A DNA stretch of 64,000 nt from an uncultured Candidatus Rokubacteria bacterium (GCA_963805625.1 CAWDVE010000010.1:1920001-1984000), one strand, 5' to 3'; positions 19,899 through 31,594 are shown, numbered from the stretch's first letter. The notes: generated from the sequence alone by a model not told the origin. Program-made: numbers and translations.

Positions 19899-20351
19899 CT
19901 ACGCTCGGCGGTAGATCGGACCCCGCGCGGTTACGCGCGCGAGATCTGGCAGAGCCGCGGGCTCGATCCGGTAGCCACGCGGCTGCACCGGGCCGGGCTC
20001 GAGCCCGAGTCGCGTGATCGTGGCGGGGTGGCTGTAGAACCCGTCGTACGTGTGACGCACGAGCGCCTCGAACGGCTCGGGATGTGACCGCTCGACGCGA
20101 CGGAGCACTTCCTCACGTTCGGCAGCGCTCAGCCCGGCAAATCCTCGGGCAGCGCCGGCTTGAGCCCCCTCCTCGATGGCCTCGAGCACGCGCGACAGCA
20201 ACGACTCGAGCTCGACGGACACGCCGGCCATCGCGAGGACGTGGTCGAGCGCCAGGGCCCCGCTTTCCGGAAATTCCTCACCCACCGGCACGAGCGTGTC
20301 GAGCACCAGGGTCATGAGGTCGCGCTTCGTCCCCAGCCTTCCTTGCGTCAC
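19899..20351 (-). CDS. Gluconate 2-dehydrogenase subunit 3-like protein
   Basis: LDTLVP, FAGLSAAEREEVL, TYDGFYSHP; coupled to the GMC gene by a GTGA overlap. Confidence 0.75.
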   Translation of the reverse strand: MTQGRLGTKRDLMTLVLDTLVPVGEEFPESGALALDHVLAMAGVSVELESLLSRVLEAIEEGAQAGAARGFAGLSAAEREEVLRRVERSHPEPFEALVRHTYDGFYSHPATITRLGLEPGPVQPRGYRIEPAALPDLARVTARGPIYRRA

Positions 20352-21955
20352 GAGCGTCTCCGGATGATCCCGTCCGCGATATAGAGCGCTACGGCCTGAA
20401 TTGTCGAGGTTGGATTGACGCCGGCGCAGGTCACCATGACGCTGCCGTCGACGATGTAGACATTCGGCACGTCGTGACACCGCCCCTCGGCGTCGACCAC
20501 CGAGGTAGCCGGATCGTGCCCCAGGCGTGCCGTACCCATGAGGTGCCAGCCCCCGGCGCGCAGGAGCGGGTTGAAGGCGACCTCGCGGGCGCCGGCCGCT
20601 TCCAGGGCCTCGCGAGCGCGCGCGATGCCGTGGTCGAGCATGCGCCGGCTGTTCTCGCTGAGCGTGTAGGACACGCGCGGCGCGGAAATACCGTGCGCGT
20701 CGGTGAGCGCTGGATCGAGGTCGACGCGGTTCGCCGGCTCCGGCAGGTCCTCGCCGATGATGGCGACGGTGATGGTGCGGTCGAAGCGCTCGGCGTAGGC
20801 CCGCCGGTGCTCGCGGCCCCAGGGCACGCGGTCGCCGACCGGTCCGCCGTGGGCCGAGGCGATCGGCGAGAGTCCGCGGGCCACCTGGAACGAATAGCCG
20901 CGCACGAAGCCGCGCGAGAGGGCGGTCTCGTAGAACTCCTGGCTGATGATGCTGCAGCCGATCGGACCCCGATGGCCGCCGAGGGGACGATCGAAGACGC
21001 CGCGCACCATCGCGTACGGATGGAACATGAGATTCCGACCCACGAGACCGCTACGATTGGCCAGCCCGTCGGGAAACCTGGCCGACCGTGAGTTCAGCAA
21101 GAGCCGCGGTGTACCAATGCCGTTGGCCGCCAGCACGACCGCCCGCGCCTTCTGCGCGTGCTCTCGCCCCTCCCGGTCGTAGTACACGACGCCGTCGGCG
21201 AGCCCGTCCGGCCCGAGCGTGATCTCGCGCACCCGGGCGCGCGTGACGAGGCGCGCGCCGGCCGCGAGCGCCTTCGGCCAGTAGGTGATGTCGGTGCTCG
21301 CCTTGGCGCCGATCGGGCACCCCAGATCGCAGGGACCACAGTTCACGCAGGCCCGACGGCCGTCGTAGTCGCGCGTGAGGATGGCGCTGTCCGACGGCCA
21401 CCAGTGCCAGCCCAGCCGCTCGAAGCCGCCGGCGATGGTCACACCGAGCGTGTCGAGCGGGATCGGCGGCGTCTGGCGCGGCGACTTCGGAGGATAGGCC
21501 GGATCACCGGTGATCCCGGCCACTCCCATCATGCGGTCGTTCAGGTCGAAGTACGGCTCGAGCGTTGCGTAGTCGATCGGCCAGTCGTCGGCCACGCCGT
21601 CGAGACTTCGCACGCGAAAGTCCGAGGGTCGGAAGCGCGGGAAGTGCGCGCTCCAGTGGATCGTGCTGCCGCCCACCGCGTTGTACATCAGTGGCGAGAT
21701 CGCGGACGCCTGGTCGTTGACCGGGTAGTCCTGGGGGAGCCGGCGGACGTTGGGCTCGGCGCTCCAGTCCGTCTGCCGGTGGAGCTCCCAGTCGGCACGC
21801 CAATGCGGATAGGCGTGCGCGTCGACCCAGTCGCCCTGCTCCAGGCATACCACCCCGATGCCGGCGCCCGCGAGCCTCCAGGCGACGGCGGCGCCGGAGG
21901 CGCCGGCTCCGATCACGAGGACGTCAGTGCGATCGTCCGTGGCCATGGCACTCAT
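20348..21955 (-). CDS. GMC family oxidoreductase
   Basis: VIGAGASG, VGGSTIHW, CVNCGPCDLGC, GRNLMFH, HLMGTAR, NPTSTI. Confidence 0.95.
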   Translation of the reverse strand: MSAMATDDRTDVLVIGAGASGAAVAWRLAGAGIGVVCLEQGDWVDAHAYPHWRADWELHRQTDWSAEPNVRRLPQDYPVNDQASAISPLMYNAVGGSTIHWSAHFPRFRPSDFRVRSLDGVADDWPIDYATLEPYFDLNDRMMGVAGITGDPAYPPKSPRQTPPIPLDTLGVTIAGGFERLGWHWWPSDSAILTRDYDGRRACVNCGPCDLGCPIGAKASTDITYWPKALAAGARLVTRARVREITLGPDGLADGVVYYDREGREHAQKARAVVLAANGIGTPRLLLNSRSARFPDGLANRSGLVGRNLMFHPYAMVRGVFDRPLGGHRGPIGCSIISQEFYETALSRGFVRGYSFQVARGLSPIASAHGGPVGDRVPWGREHRRAYAERFDRTITVAIIGEDLPEPANRVDLDPALTDAHGISAPRVSYTLSENSRRMLDHGIARAREALEAAGAREVAFNPLLRAGGWHLMGTARLGHDPATSVVDAEGRCHDVPNVYIVDGSVMVTCAGVNPTSTIQAVALYIADGIIRRRS

Positions 21956-22084
21956 CCCGACCGACTGTACTACGACCGGCAAACGGAGTGGATGGGCGCG
22001 GACGCATGATCCGGGAACGAGAAGCCCGAACCCGCGCCAGCTGAGGCCGAGCCCCGGGACCCCGCGCGCACCACGTGGCGCGCT

Positions 22085-22300
22085 TTGAAGCAGTGGATGC
22101 GCGAAGGCGACGTCGTGAGGCGAAGGAGGCTGCGGCGCGAGGTCTACCCCGAGATCAGGCTGCGGCCCAAGATGGGCCGCACGCCCCGGACACGCAAGGC
22201 ACTGGTCACCGCCAACGTGGAGGAACGTACTTGTGGTGTCCCCGACGGGATCGCAGGCTCGTGGACACAGGACTTTCGAGGACTCATCGAGGTCGCCTGA
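22085..22300 (+). pseudogene. Large serine recombinase C-terminal remnant
   Basis: Ends gtggtgtccccgacgggat-cgcaggc... (VVSPTG[F]AGSWTQDFRGLIEVA with one base restored), resembling the tails at 14681 and 33717. Confidence 0.55.
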
Positions 22301-22332
22301 TCACTCCAGCGCCCCATGGGCAGGTGTGGAGA

Positions 22333-22378
22333 TGGTGACTTCAACGGGATTCGAACGCGTGTTTCAGCCTTGAGAGGG
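22333..22378 (-). other. tRNA-Glu(CTC) 3'-half fragment (att site)
   Basis: Reverse complement ccctctcaaggctgaaacacgcgttcgaatcccgttgaagtcacca: anticodon loop, T-loop and CCA; no 5' half. Confidence 0.85.
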
Positions 22379-22416
22379 TTGTGACATGGTCTGTAGCGGC
22401 GCGGACTTACGGCGCG

Positions 22417-22437
22417 GTTGCCACGGGCGGTTGCCAC
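22417..22437. repeat. Arm-type repeat pair GTTGCCAC x2 (13-bp period)
   Basis: Same pair at 55343/55356 and inverted at 33645/33658. Confidence 0.75.
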
Positions 22438-22486
22438 CTTCGCTCTGAGCAGCCTTGGTGGCCGAGCATTGAGGACGGTCCTCTTG

Positions 22487-23497
22487 CTAGTCGTGACTCC
22501 GCTGATACCGGCGGGCACGATATTCGTCGACCCAGCGACGGGTACTCCGCCACTGGCCACGCGCATCGCGCTGAGCACGGAGGCGCCCCCGATCGGCCGC
22601 AGTGCGAAGCGCTCGGGCGCTCAGTTTGGCATCGGCGAGGGCAGCCAAGGGCACCAGTCGGGCCGGGCCAGCCACAGAGGGCACGATAAACCGCACGAGC
22701 GTGTCGATGATGGCCCGGGCGAGGAACTCGCCGAGCGGAGCCGGATCTCCGCCGTCGGCCCGACGGAGGTTCTGTAAGTAGCGCGTTCGGTCGGCCTTGC
22801 GGATGATGGCCGGCGGATACCCGAGTCGGATGAGGAGGAGGTTGGTCACGAGGCGTCCGGCTCGACCGTTTCCATCTAGGAAGGGGTGCACGCGTTCGAA
22901 CTCCGCGTGAACGTCGGCGAGTGCCTCCGGGAACGGACCCTCGACCCGTGTCAGCTTGCAGGCGCGCTCCACCCAGGTCGACATGCGGGCCGGAATGTCA
23001 GGCCAATCCGGTGGCTGCATGCCACCCGGGGATGGCTTGATCCCGTGGCGCCGAAACGCACCGGGCCTCTCCTGCTCGGTCGCGTCAGGATGCGGGGCCA
23101 CCTCCCACACCTTTGACATGGCGAGGGTGTGGACGTGGCGCACCTCGGTCAGCGTGATCAGGTCGCCCGTGGTCCAGTCGCCGGGAGTCAGCCCCTGCCG
23201 ATAGACCCACTGGGCGGCGTCCGCATAGCCTCGGACCTCGAGGTATTCCGTAAGCTGCTTGGCACCGACCGCTCGGCCCTCACCCAGAAGGGCCTCGACC
23301 TCCTTGAGCACAAGGGTGTTGCCCTCGATGGCGGTCGAGTTGTGGGCCTCTTGGTACCAGATGTCACCCCAGATGTCCTCGGCCTCGAGAGGGGTTGGGA
23401 GGCCGCCGAGTCGGGCCTTGAGCTCCTCTACCCCCTCTGCCAGCTGCCGGTAGATCGCTTGGCGACTCGGCCGGCCTCGCGTAGATTTACCAGACAT
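22487..23497 (-). CDS. Fic family protein (class II) with C-terminal HTH-like extension
   Basis: HPFLDGNGRAGR catalytic motif and STAIEGN inhibitory motif. Confidence 0.93.
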   Translation of the reverse strand: MSGKSTRGRPSRQAIYRQLAEGVEELKARLGGLPTPLEAEDIWGDIWYQEAHNSTAIEGNTLVLKEVEALLGEGRAVGAKQLTEYLEVRGYADAAQWVYRQGLTPGDWTTGDLITLTEVRHVHTLAMSKVWEVAPHPDATEQERPGAFRRHGIKPSPGGMQPPDWPDIPARMSTWVERACKLTRVEGPFPEALADVHAEFERVHPFLDGNGRAGRLVTNLLLIRLGYPPAIIRKADRTRYLQNLRRADGGDPAPLGEFLARAIIDTLVRFIVPSVAGPARLVPLAALADAKLSARALRTAADRGRLRAQRDARGQWRSTRRWVDEYRARRYQRSHD

Positions 23498-23739
23498 ATC
23501 AGAACGATACACGAATGTGCGTCGGCTATGTCAAGTAAATGCACACGACGCACATTGACCGCGCCCCGCCCCTCCCCCCGGCCGAATTGGCGTCGTTCTA
23601 CCCTGGGAAACTAGCGCGACTCGATTTGAGGCTCGGCCCCACGATGGCTCCGGCCTCCCCACCAATCTCGAACGATGAGGCGATAGGCGATGCCCAACCT
23701 GTCAGGCCAGATAGGTAGCCACCGGCGATTGCCAAGTCA

Positions 23740-24667
23740 TTAGCTCGCCCGGGCGAAGACCTCGTATCGCTCGGCGAGCCAATCGCGATTAGGCTGGAGG
23801 CGCTCATCCCGAGGGACCGCGATCCTCACACCTTGGAACCCCCGAAGCCCGTGCTGGAGCATCGGCCCGTCCGCCTCACGCAGCACATCCAGCCGAACGT
23901 CCACGACGAGATCCGGGCGGATCCCGAGCACGTACCGATCGAAGGCCGCATGATGCAGCGTGCAGAGCGCCACGCCATTGGAGACGATGGGCTCGCCTCG
24001 CGGGTCGCCGTCCGGCAAGATGTGGGCGGCCTCGAGCAACTCCAGATGCCGAAGCTGGCAGATCGCGCATCGCTCCTGATACGCGCGCACAACACCCGCT
24101 GTCGGAACGTCTGCTGATGAAGCCGTCGTTGCGTGACGACGGTCACGTACGCGCGCCGCGCTTCCACAACCCGATCATCATCGCGCGCCACGGGCAGAGC
24201 ATGCTTTTGGTCGTCGACGGAGACAAGGAAGCTCAACGTCGCGAGCTCGTCTCCGACCACGTACACAGGCCAGACCGGCATGTACTGGCCCGGGACCACG
24301 CCAAACAGGTAGATGAGCGGGAGCCGACGTTGCATGGCGCGACGGAGTCCCACGTTGTCCGGGTGGTGTGGATCGGTTCCACGGTAGCGGTACCGCAATC
24401 GCCCCTCCGCGTCCATTTCGTCGGCATAAGGGCGAGCTCGTCCCTCTTCCTCGGGCGCGGTCCGGATCGTGAGCGGCACCTCGGGCAGGATCGCGGGCTT
24501 GAAGATGCCCGGCTGGCTCACCAGAGGAACCCGGCGGCCCTGAAAATCGAAGCCCTGAAGCAGGCGGGCCCACGAGACGGTCTCGCCGTGCAACCGCGTC
24601 TGCTGGGCCAGGAATTCGAAGGCGGCGACACGCACCTGCCGATCGAGAGCGTCGCCCGCCACCTCGG

Positions 24668-24671
<4 letters not shown>
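23740..24671 (-). pseudogene. SRA-like + HNH putative modification-dependent endonuclease, frameshifted near 24090
   Basis: YRYRGTDPHHPDNVGL N-domain; RLHQQTFRQRVL then in another frame RAYQERCAIC...EAAHI...NGVALCTLHHAAFD; extra tg in gtgttgtgcgcgcgtat. Confidence 0.85.
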
Positions 24672-25838
<1,167 letters not shown>

Positions 25839-25974
25839 TACGTGAGTACCGCCGATGGGGTAGCCCAGCAAGGTTAGCCCGCTGCTACAAGATGGAGCTG
25901 ATCGAGAGCCCGCAAGCCGGCACACGCCCGGGAATTCAGGCTCCCGCGGCCTAACTTGTCTTCGGTAACGGCAC

Positions 25975-26104
25975 TCAGACAGAACTTCGCGGCCGCCGGC
26001 AACGCCGTGCCGCACTGGGCGCACGTGGGCGCAAGCCGGCTCCCGCATTCGAGGCAGAACTTCGCCGGCGGCGGGTTCTCGTGCTGGCACCGGGGACAGT
26101 GCAT
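25975..26104 (-). pseudogene. Truncated double zinc-ribbon N-terminus of a cyclase-AAA gene
   Basis: CPRCQHENPPPAKFCLECG...CAQCG...AKFC similar to the 45367 N-terminus, then breaks off. Confidence 0.75.
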
Positions 26105-26199
26105 ACCCAGCTTCTCCGCGTAGAGTGCCGCCAGCCTAACACGCTGGGAATCGCGCCCTTACACGCGATCAACCGAGCGACGTTCCGCCGACCAGACAG

Positions 26200-26387
26200 G
26201 CCTAACCCTATGCCTGTTGCGGATTCGTTGTGGATTCGTTGCGGATTCCGCCGAGGACCACGCAGAGGTATGTCCCTCGAGGTTCTATTCACCACCTGTT
26301 GGGAAGCGCTCGCTTGGATCGGTTAGACTGGCAGGCGTCCGCCGAGTAAGACGGTGGACGTACGAGCAACTCTAGGAGGTGTTAGGT
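26200..26387 (+). other. attC-like site
   Basis: GCCTAAC ... GTTAGGT ends with an internal cctgttgc / gcaac..agg pairing; ORF starts 2 nt later. Confidence 0.5.
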
Positions 26388-26388
26388 C

Positions 26389-26769
26389 GTGCTGAATTGG
26401 AAGGAAGTTTCACCCGAAACGCTCGCGACCATGCTGTCGACGGGCGAGGCCCAGCCTCTCGCGCGCGAGGCCTGGCCCCGATGGGCTCAGACACCGGCGT
26501 TCTCCGGTGCATGGTTCACCTACGTCGGCAGCCCTCTCGCCACGTCCACCGGCACACTGTCCACGGGGAACGTTCAAGGCTACGTCGACATCGAGCGCAC
26601 GGCAACGAAGCTTCCGTCTTTGCGTTACTACCGCCACTTCTACGTGAAGATGGTCGACGGCCGCGTATTCCATGCCGGACCGATTAAGGATCTTGAGTAC
26701 GAGCGTCACCGCGAGCAGAGGCCGGGATGGTTCGCTTCCTACTTTACGAGAACGACGTCCACGAGTTGA
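26389..26769 (+). CDS. Hypothetical cassette-like protein
   Basis: 126-aa ORF between GTTAGGT and GTCCAAC; lower GC than the flanks. Confidence 0.55.
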   Translation: MLNWKEVSPETLATMLSTGEAQPLAREAWPRWAQTPAFSGAWFTYVGSPLATSTGTLSTGNVQGYVDIERTATKLPSLRYYRHFYVKMVDGRVFHAGPIKDLEYERHREQRPGWFASYFTRTTSTS

Positions 26770-26892
26770 TGTCCAACCTCACGCTAAACGGGACCGCTGG
26801 ATCGCATTCACTCGACGCCACCGGTCAGCCCGTGGGGTCTCCACTGATCGCTTGCGTCGGTAAGGTGCGGCCCGCACAGTGAGCGACCTGGC

Positions 26893-27306
26893 TCAATCGG
26901 CCGAACCAGGCGGGATCTCCTCGAAGCGGTACTCCTGGACTTCTGCCACGGGGACGTAACCGATCCGCCGATAGATGGCGTTCGAAGTCGGTTGGCGGCG
27001 TCCGTGAAGAGGAAGCAGAAGCGACGCCCCTCGGCGAGGAGCCGCGCGCTCAGCGCCGCCACGCACGCGGTCGCGTAGCCGCGGCCCCGGTGCTCCGGCG
27101 GCGTGTAGACCCCGTTGACCCGGATCCCGTTCGGCGTGGGCCCTGTGGCCGACGCCATCGACACGGGGCCGGCGTGATCCCAGACGAACAGCCAGCCGGC
27201 CCCGAAGTTGTGGCGGGCGACCTTCATGCCCGTCTGGCCCGCCAGGCCGCCGCCAGCCTCCGTCCATAACGCCTCGAACCACGTGGCCAACTGTTCGAGT
27301 TCGGCC
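26893..27306 (-). pseudogene. GNAT acetyltransferase, 5'-truncated by IS and frameshifted
   Basis: VYTPPEHRGRGYA, FLFTDAAN / PTSNAIYRRIGY split across two frames. Confidence 0.85.
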
Positions 27307-28634
27307 TGTCCTTCGCCAAAAGTCCGCCGACGGGCAAGTGGTTGATCTGTCGCCTCTGATCGGGGGAAAATCCCAGCTCGATGATCACACTCCTGCTCCA
27401 CCTGCTTCGACTCCTTCCGTTCCTCTGCGGCGGCCACCGCCAGCTCGCCCTGGAGAACCTCGCCTTGCGACAGCAACTCGCCGTGTACAAGCAAACGGTG
27501 AGCCGGCCGAAGCTCCGCATGAGCGATCGGCTTTTCTGGGTCTGGCTGGCCACGGTCTGGGCCGGGTGGCGGGAGTCCCTCCTGATCGTGACCCCGGACA
27601 CCGTCCTGCGGTGGCAGCGGCGCCGCTTCCGCGAGTACTGGACCAAGCGCTCCGGCCGGCCTCGGGTGGGCCGTCCGCCGATCAACGCGGAGATCGCCGC
27701 CCTCGTCAGAGCAATGGCCGTGACGAATCCCTTGTGGGGTGCACCCTGAATCCACGGCGAACTCATGAAGCTCGGCGTAGAGGTGGCAGAGCGGACCGTT
27801 TCCCGGCTAATCCCCAAGCGGCGCACCCCGCCGTCGCAGACCTGGCGCACGTTCCTCGCCAACCACGTCCGGGACCTGGTCTCCCTCGATTTCTTCACGG
27901 TGCCCACCGCGGGCCTGCGGGTGCTCTTTGTCCTCGTCGTGCTCGCCCACCATCGCCGGCGCGTCGTCCACCACAACGTGACCGAACACCCCACCGCGCA
28001 CTGGACGGCCCAACAGATCGTGGAGGCCTTCCCAAACGACACCGCGCCGTCCTACCTTCTCCGCGATCGCGACCGCGTCTACGGCAACCCGTTCCGGCAC
28101 CGAGTAAAGGGCCTCCGCATCGATGAAGTCCTCACTGCGTCCCACAGTCCTTGGCGGAATCCGTTCGTGGAACGGCTCATCGGCTCGGTGCGGCGCGAGT
28201 GTCTGGACCATGTTCTCGTCCTGAGCGAGCCGCACCTGCGTCGGATCCTGACTGCGTACTTTGCGTACTATCATCGCGCCCGAACCCATCTATCGCTCGA
28301 GAAGGATGCGCCAGACGTGAGGCCAGTCGAACAGCCGGACGCGGGCAGGGTCGTGGCGCTTCCCGAAGTCGGTGGCCTGCATCATCGCTACGTCCGGCTA
28401 GCGGCCTGATCTCGCATCACCCGGCCAGTCCGCGCCACCAGCTGGCCACGCCCGGCACCGTCGGGCCGTCCTCCGTTCCTCCCGGAGCCCCACCCCTTTC
28501 CTCTGGGAAGCCTGGCAGGCGCGACGGCTGGAGAAGGCCGACTGCCCGACCTTGGGCTCGCTGAACACCAACCTTCTACCGTTCCAGCGATGAATCGTCG
28601 CTAACCGAGTCGGACGCGGTTGTGGCGAGGGACA
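27307..28634 (+). mobile_element. IS481/IS3-like DDE insertion sequence with an inactivated transposase (27381-28409)
   Basis: Ends tgtccttcgccaaaa / ttgtggcgagggaca (TGT..ACA); DFFTVPT, DRD, ERLIGSVRRECLDH; in-frame TGA at 27747 replaces R in WGAPRIHGEL. Confidence 0.85.
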
Positions 28635-28992
28635 GGACCCTGTACGAGCGCCTTGGCGGTTACGAGGCCATCGCGGCAGTGGCGAATGATCTGCTCCCCC
28701 GGCTCGGGCCGATCCGCAGCTCGGCCGCTTCTGGGCGCATCGCGGGGAAGACGGCGTGCAGCGCGAGAAGCAGCTCCTGATCGACTTCCTCTGCGCGAGT
28801 GCAGGCGGACCCATGTACTATCGCGGCAGGGACATGGTGCTCGTCCATCGAGGCATGGGGATCAGCGAGGGCGACTGGAGCGCGTTCCTCGGGCATGCCG
28901 CCGCGACCCTGGCGAAGTTCAAGGTGCCCGAGGCCGAGCAGCGCGACGTGGTTGCATTTGTCCAGAGCCTCAAGAAGGACATCGTCGAATAG
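28635..28992 (+). pseudogene. Group 1 truncated hemoglobin, start lost at the IS end and frameshifted near 28705
   Basis: TLYERLGGYEAIAAV..., FLCASAGGPMYYRGRDM..HRGMGIS. Confidence 0.85.
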
Positions 28993-29161
28993 CGCTGGCT
29001 CCCGCAACCCCGGCTCAATGCGGCTTCTTGCACTGCTTGCCCAACGTCAGCTACCAGCCGCCGGTCATGCGCGGGTCGGTGATACGGTTGACCGCGCGCG
29101 CCTTGCTCGTTATCGAAACGCACGCCGCCGAGTTGCGGCACCATGACGTAGGGACAGTTTA

Positions 29162-30245
29162 CTAGTCAGTCCCTAGTATAGGCGACACTTGGCGCATGAA
29201 AGAAGGAGCGAACCAGAGCCGGTCGCGCTTGAATACCCGCCAGATCCACCTGGACGCGGCTTCGAAGCGATTCGTCTTTCCGCAACGGGGTCTTGCTGCC
29301 GCCTTGGCGCTTGAGGTGGTTCCAGACGAACTCGTCGGGGTTCAACTCCGGCGCAGAGCCGGGCAGGAAATGCAGCTCGAGGCGACCGGCAAGCTGCTGG
29401 ACGTACTGCGCGACTACGTTGGCGATGTGCGCGGGGTGGCCGTCGAGGACGAGGAACACGGCGCGCTTGCGCCCGCGCATGAAGTGCGTCAGCAACTCGA
29501 CGAACCGTGGGGCGTTGAGCCGTTCGGTGTAGATCTCGTACCAGAAGGCGCCGCGGGCGTTGACGGCGGAGATGGCGCTCACGCTCTGGCGCCGGCCGCT
29601 CGTGGGGACCTCGGGCGTCTGCCCCCGCAGACCCCACGTCCGCCCGAGGACTTGGTCGGAACGGACCCCGGCCTCATCGAGGAAGAAGATCTTCGCGCCG
29701 ACGCGCTTGGCCCGCGCGCGCAGGCGGGGGAACACCGCCGTTTTCCAGTGCTCGATCGCCACGGGATCGCGCTCGTAGGCGCGGCGCAACGGTTTCTGGG
29801 GCGTGATGTCCAACTCGGTGAGGAGGCGACCGACGGCGGTCACGCCCAGCCGCACGCCGAACTTCTGTGCGATCAGCGCCGCTACAATCTGCCGAGTCCA
29901 GAGGCCAAAGTCGAAGCCGTACTGGCGCGGGTCCTTGCCATTGATCCATCGCCGGACCTGGAGCTTCTGGCGCGGCGTCAGGGCCGGCTTCCGCCCCGGA
30001 TGTGTTCGCGCGGTGAGCGCCGCTGGGCCGCGTCGCCGCACCGCGGTCAGCCATTTGTAGATCGTGGTGCGACACAACCCATAGCCTTTGATGACGTCGC
30101 TCGGCGCTTCGCCTTCCTGCACGCGCCGCACGGCCATGCGCCGGATTGTCTCGGAGGTCTCGTGCGACAGGGTCCGCCCGTCGATCCGCATAACCCTTCA
30201 TATCACAATCCGATCGCAGTGTAGCCTAAAGACAGGACTGGTTAG
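29162..30245 (-). mobile_element. IS630 family element
   Basis: TA on both sides (29160-61, 30246-47); imperfect ~28-bp TIRs ctagtcagtccctagtataggcgacact / agtgtagcctaaagacaggactggttag. Confidence 0.92.
29166..30191 (-). CDS. IS630 transposase
   Basis: FFLDEAG, LVLDGHPAH, PELNPDEFVW. Confidence 0.95.
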   Translation of the reverse strand: MRIDGRTLSHETSETIRRMAVRRVQEGEAPSDVIKGYGLCRTTIYKWLTAVRRRGPAALTARTHPGRKPALTPRQKLQVRRWINGKDPRQYGFDFGLWTRQIVAALIAQKFGVRLGVTAVGRLLTELDITPQKPLRRAYERDPVAIEHWKTAVFPRLRARAKRVGAKIFFLDEAGVRSDQVLGRTWGLRGQTPEVPTSGRRQSVSAISAVNARGAFWYEIYTERLNAPRFVELLTHFMRGRKRAVFLVLDGHPAHIANVVAQYVQQLAGRLELHFLPGSAPELNPDEFVWNHLKRQGGSKTPLRKDESLRSRVQVDLAGIQARPALVRSFFHAPSVAYTRD

Positions 30246-30449
30246 TAACCAACGGCGCGCCGGGACAGCTGATATCCCAGTGCGTTAGCGTCTTGTTGCT
30301 AATCTTCAGATGGACCTCGACCGCCGACATGCCCCCGTGACGTCGAGCGGAATCTCAGGGGGCGCCACGGTGCCAATCGCTCGAGCGCGACCAGACCACT
30401 TGGCGCGGTAGGCGCCATAGGGTCGGTCGATCCACCCGCTCTCATCGAG

Positions 30450-30944
30450 CTACAACCACCGGCGCACGGAGGCCTTGTAGTCCCGGTACTCGGCAGCGAA
30501 TCTCGCCTCGAGGTATCGCTCCTCCCTCGGCACGACGACCCACTGGATAATTGGGACAGCAGTCGCGAGCGTGGCGATGAGCCACCAGCTGTTCACCCAA
30601 ACCGCAATACCCAGCTGCAAGAGCGAGAATGCCAGGTAGATCGGATTCCGGCTGAAGCGGTACAGACCGGTCCGGACAATGACCGTGGTCGGCTTCCGCG
30701 CGGGCACCGGCGTGCCGGCAGCGCGGAACCGCTGCACCGAGAAGCCAAACAGTAGGAGGGACCCCACGACCAGGATGGCTCCCAGGGGAGCCGGTGCCAC
30801 CCCGGATAGAACGGGGCGCGGCCACACCCAGTGGAAGGCCAGTCCCGTGGATATCGAAGCCAGGTAGATGAGCGGTGGGCGGAAGACGCCCAGATTGGCC
30901 ACCGCCTCAGTCTGGGAGCCGCTGTTTCGGGGCGTGGTCGCCAT
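30450..30944 (-). CDS. Isoprenylcysteine carboxyl methyltransferase family membrane protein
   Basis: TGLYRFSRNPIYL, EERYLEARF..EY..YKASVRRWL. Confidence 0.9.
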   Translation of the reverse strand: MATTPRNSGSQTEAVANLGVFRPPLIYLASISTGLAFHWVWPRPVLSGVAPAPLGAILVVGSLLLFGFSVQRFRAAGTPVPARKPTTVIVRTGLYRFSRNPIYLAFSLLQLGIAVWVNSWWLIATLATAVPIIQWVVVPREERYLEARFAAEYRDYKASVRRWL

Positions 30945-31379
30945 AGATCAGTTCCAGGCACAAGCTCCGCACACGAATCGGGCTACTCCTTGACCTTCCG
31001 ATCGGCGCGCAGCCGTTGACTCCTCGCGGCTTTGAGCTGGAGCATGACGGTCTCGTGAGCCTTCACCGCTCTGAATTGAGCATGACTCATGATGAAGCCC
31101 GGACCGGCGTTCGGCTCGCTACGGTTGCGGTCGCTGGGTCGAGCTCCATCATGCTAATCTCACAATCAGCGTGGGCAAGGCCAGCGAAGAGCGGGATCGC
31201 CTTGAGCTGGTCCACATGTATCGCCACGTCTCTCCTCCGGGGAGCTCTTCCACTACACGACCAAGCGCTCGAAGAGGGTCGCCGCCACGCTCTGTGCGAT
31301 GGATCACCGTGATCCAGGGACTTCGCTCGCCTTCGGCCCTCCCACAGGCCGAAGGCCGTCCGATCAGGAACGTCGAAGA

Positions 31380-31594
31380 GTACCGGGGGCCGTTCTTGAA
31401 CACGCCGAGCACGTGGTATTGCTTCTTGATCTCTTCGGGGTCGACCTTCGCCCAGGTCGCATCGGAGCAGGAGTCGCGGGTGGCCGCCCGCCGTTCAGGT
31501 CGGTGCTGTTGTAGAACTCGGCTTGGAGGTCCTTCGTCACCGCGTCGCCGCCGATCAGGAAGAGCTCGCAGTAGCGGAGCTTGTTCCAGCCCAT
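31380..31594 (-). pseudogene. Frameshifted fragment of an unknown gene
   Basis: LRYCELFLIGG...EFYNSTDLN and CSDATWAKVDPEEIKKQYHVLGVFKNGPRY lie in adjacent frames. Confidence 0.45.

Noticed and set aside
27747-27749. Programmed readthrough or selenocysteine at the in-frame TGA of the transposase
   Set aside because: The position corresponds to the conserved Arg of WGAPRIHGEL; a CGA>TGA nonsense mutation is the simpler explanation.
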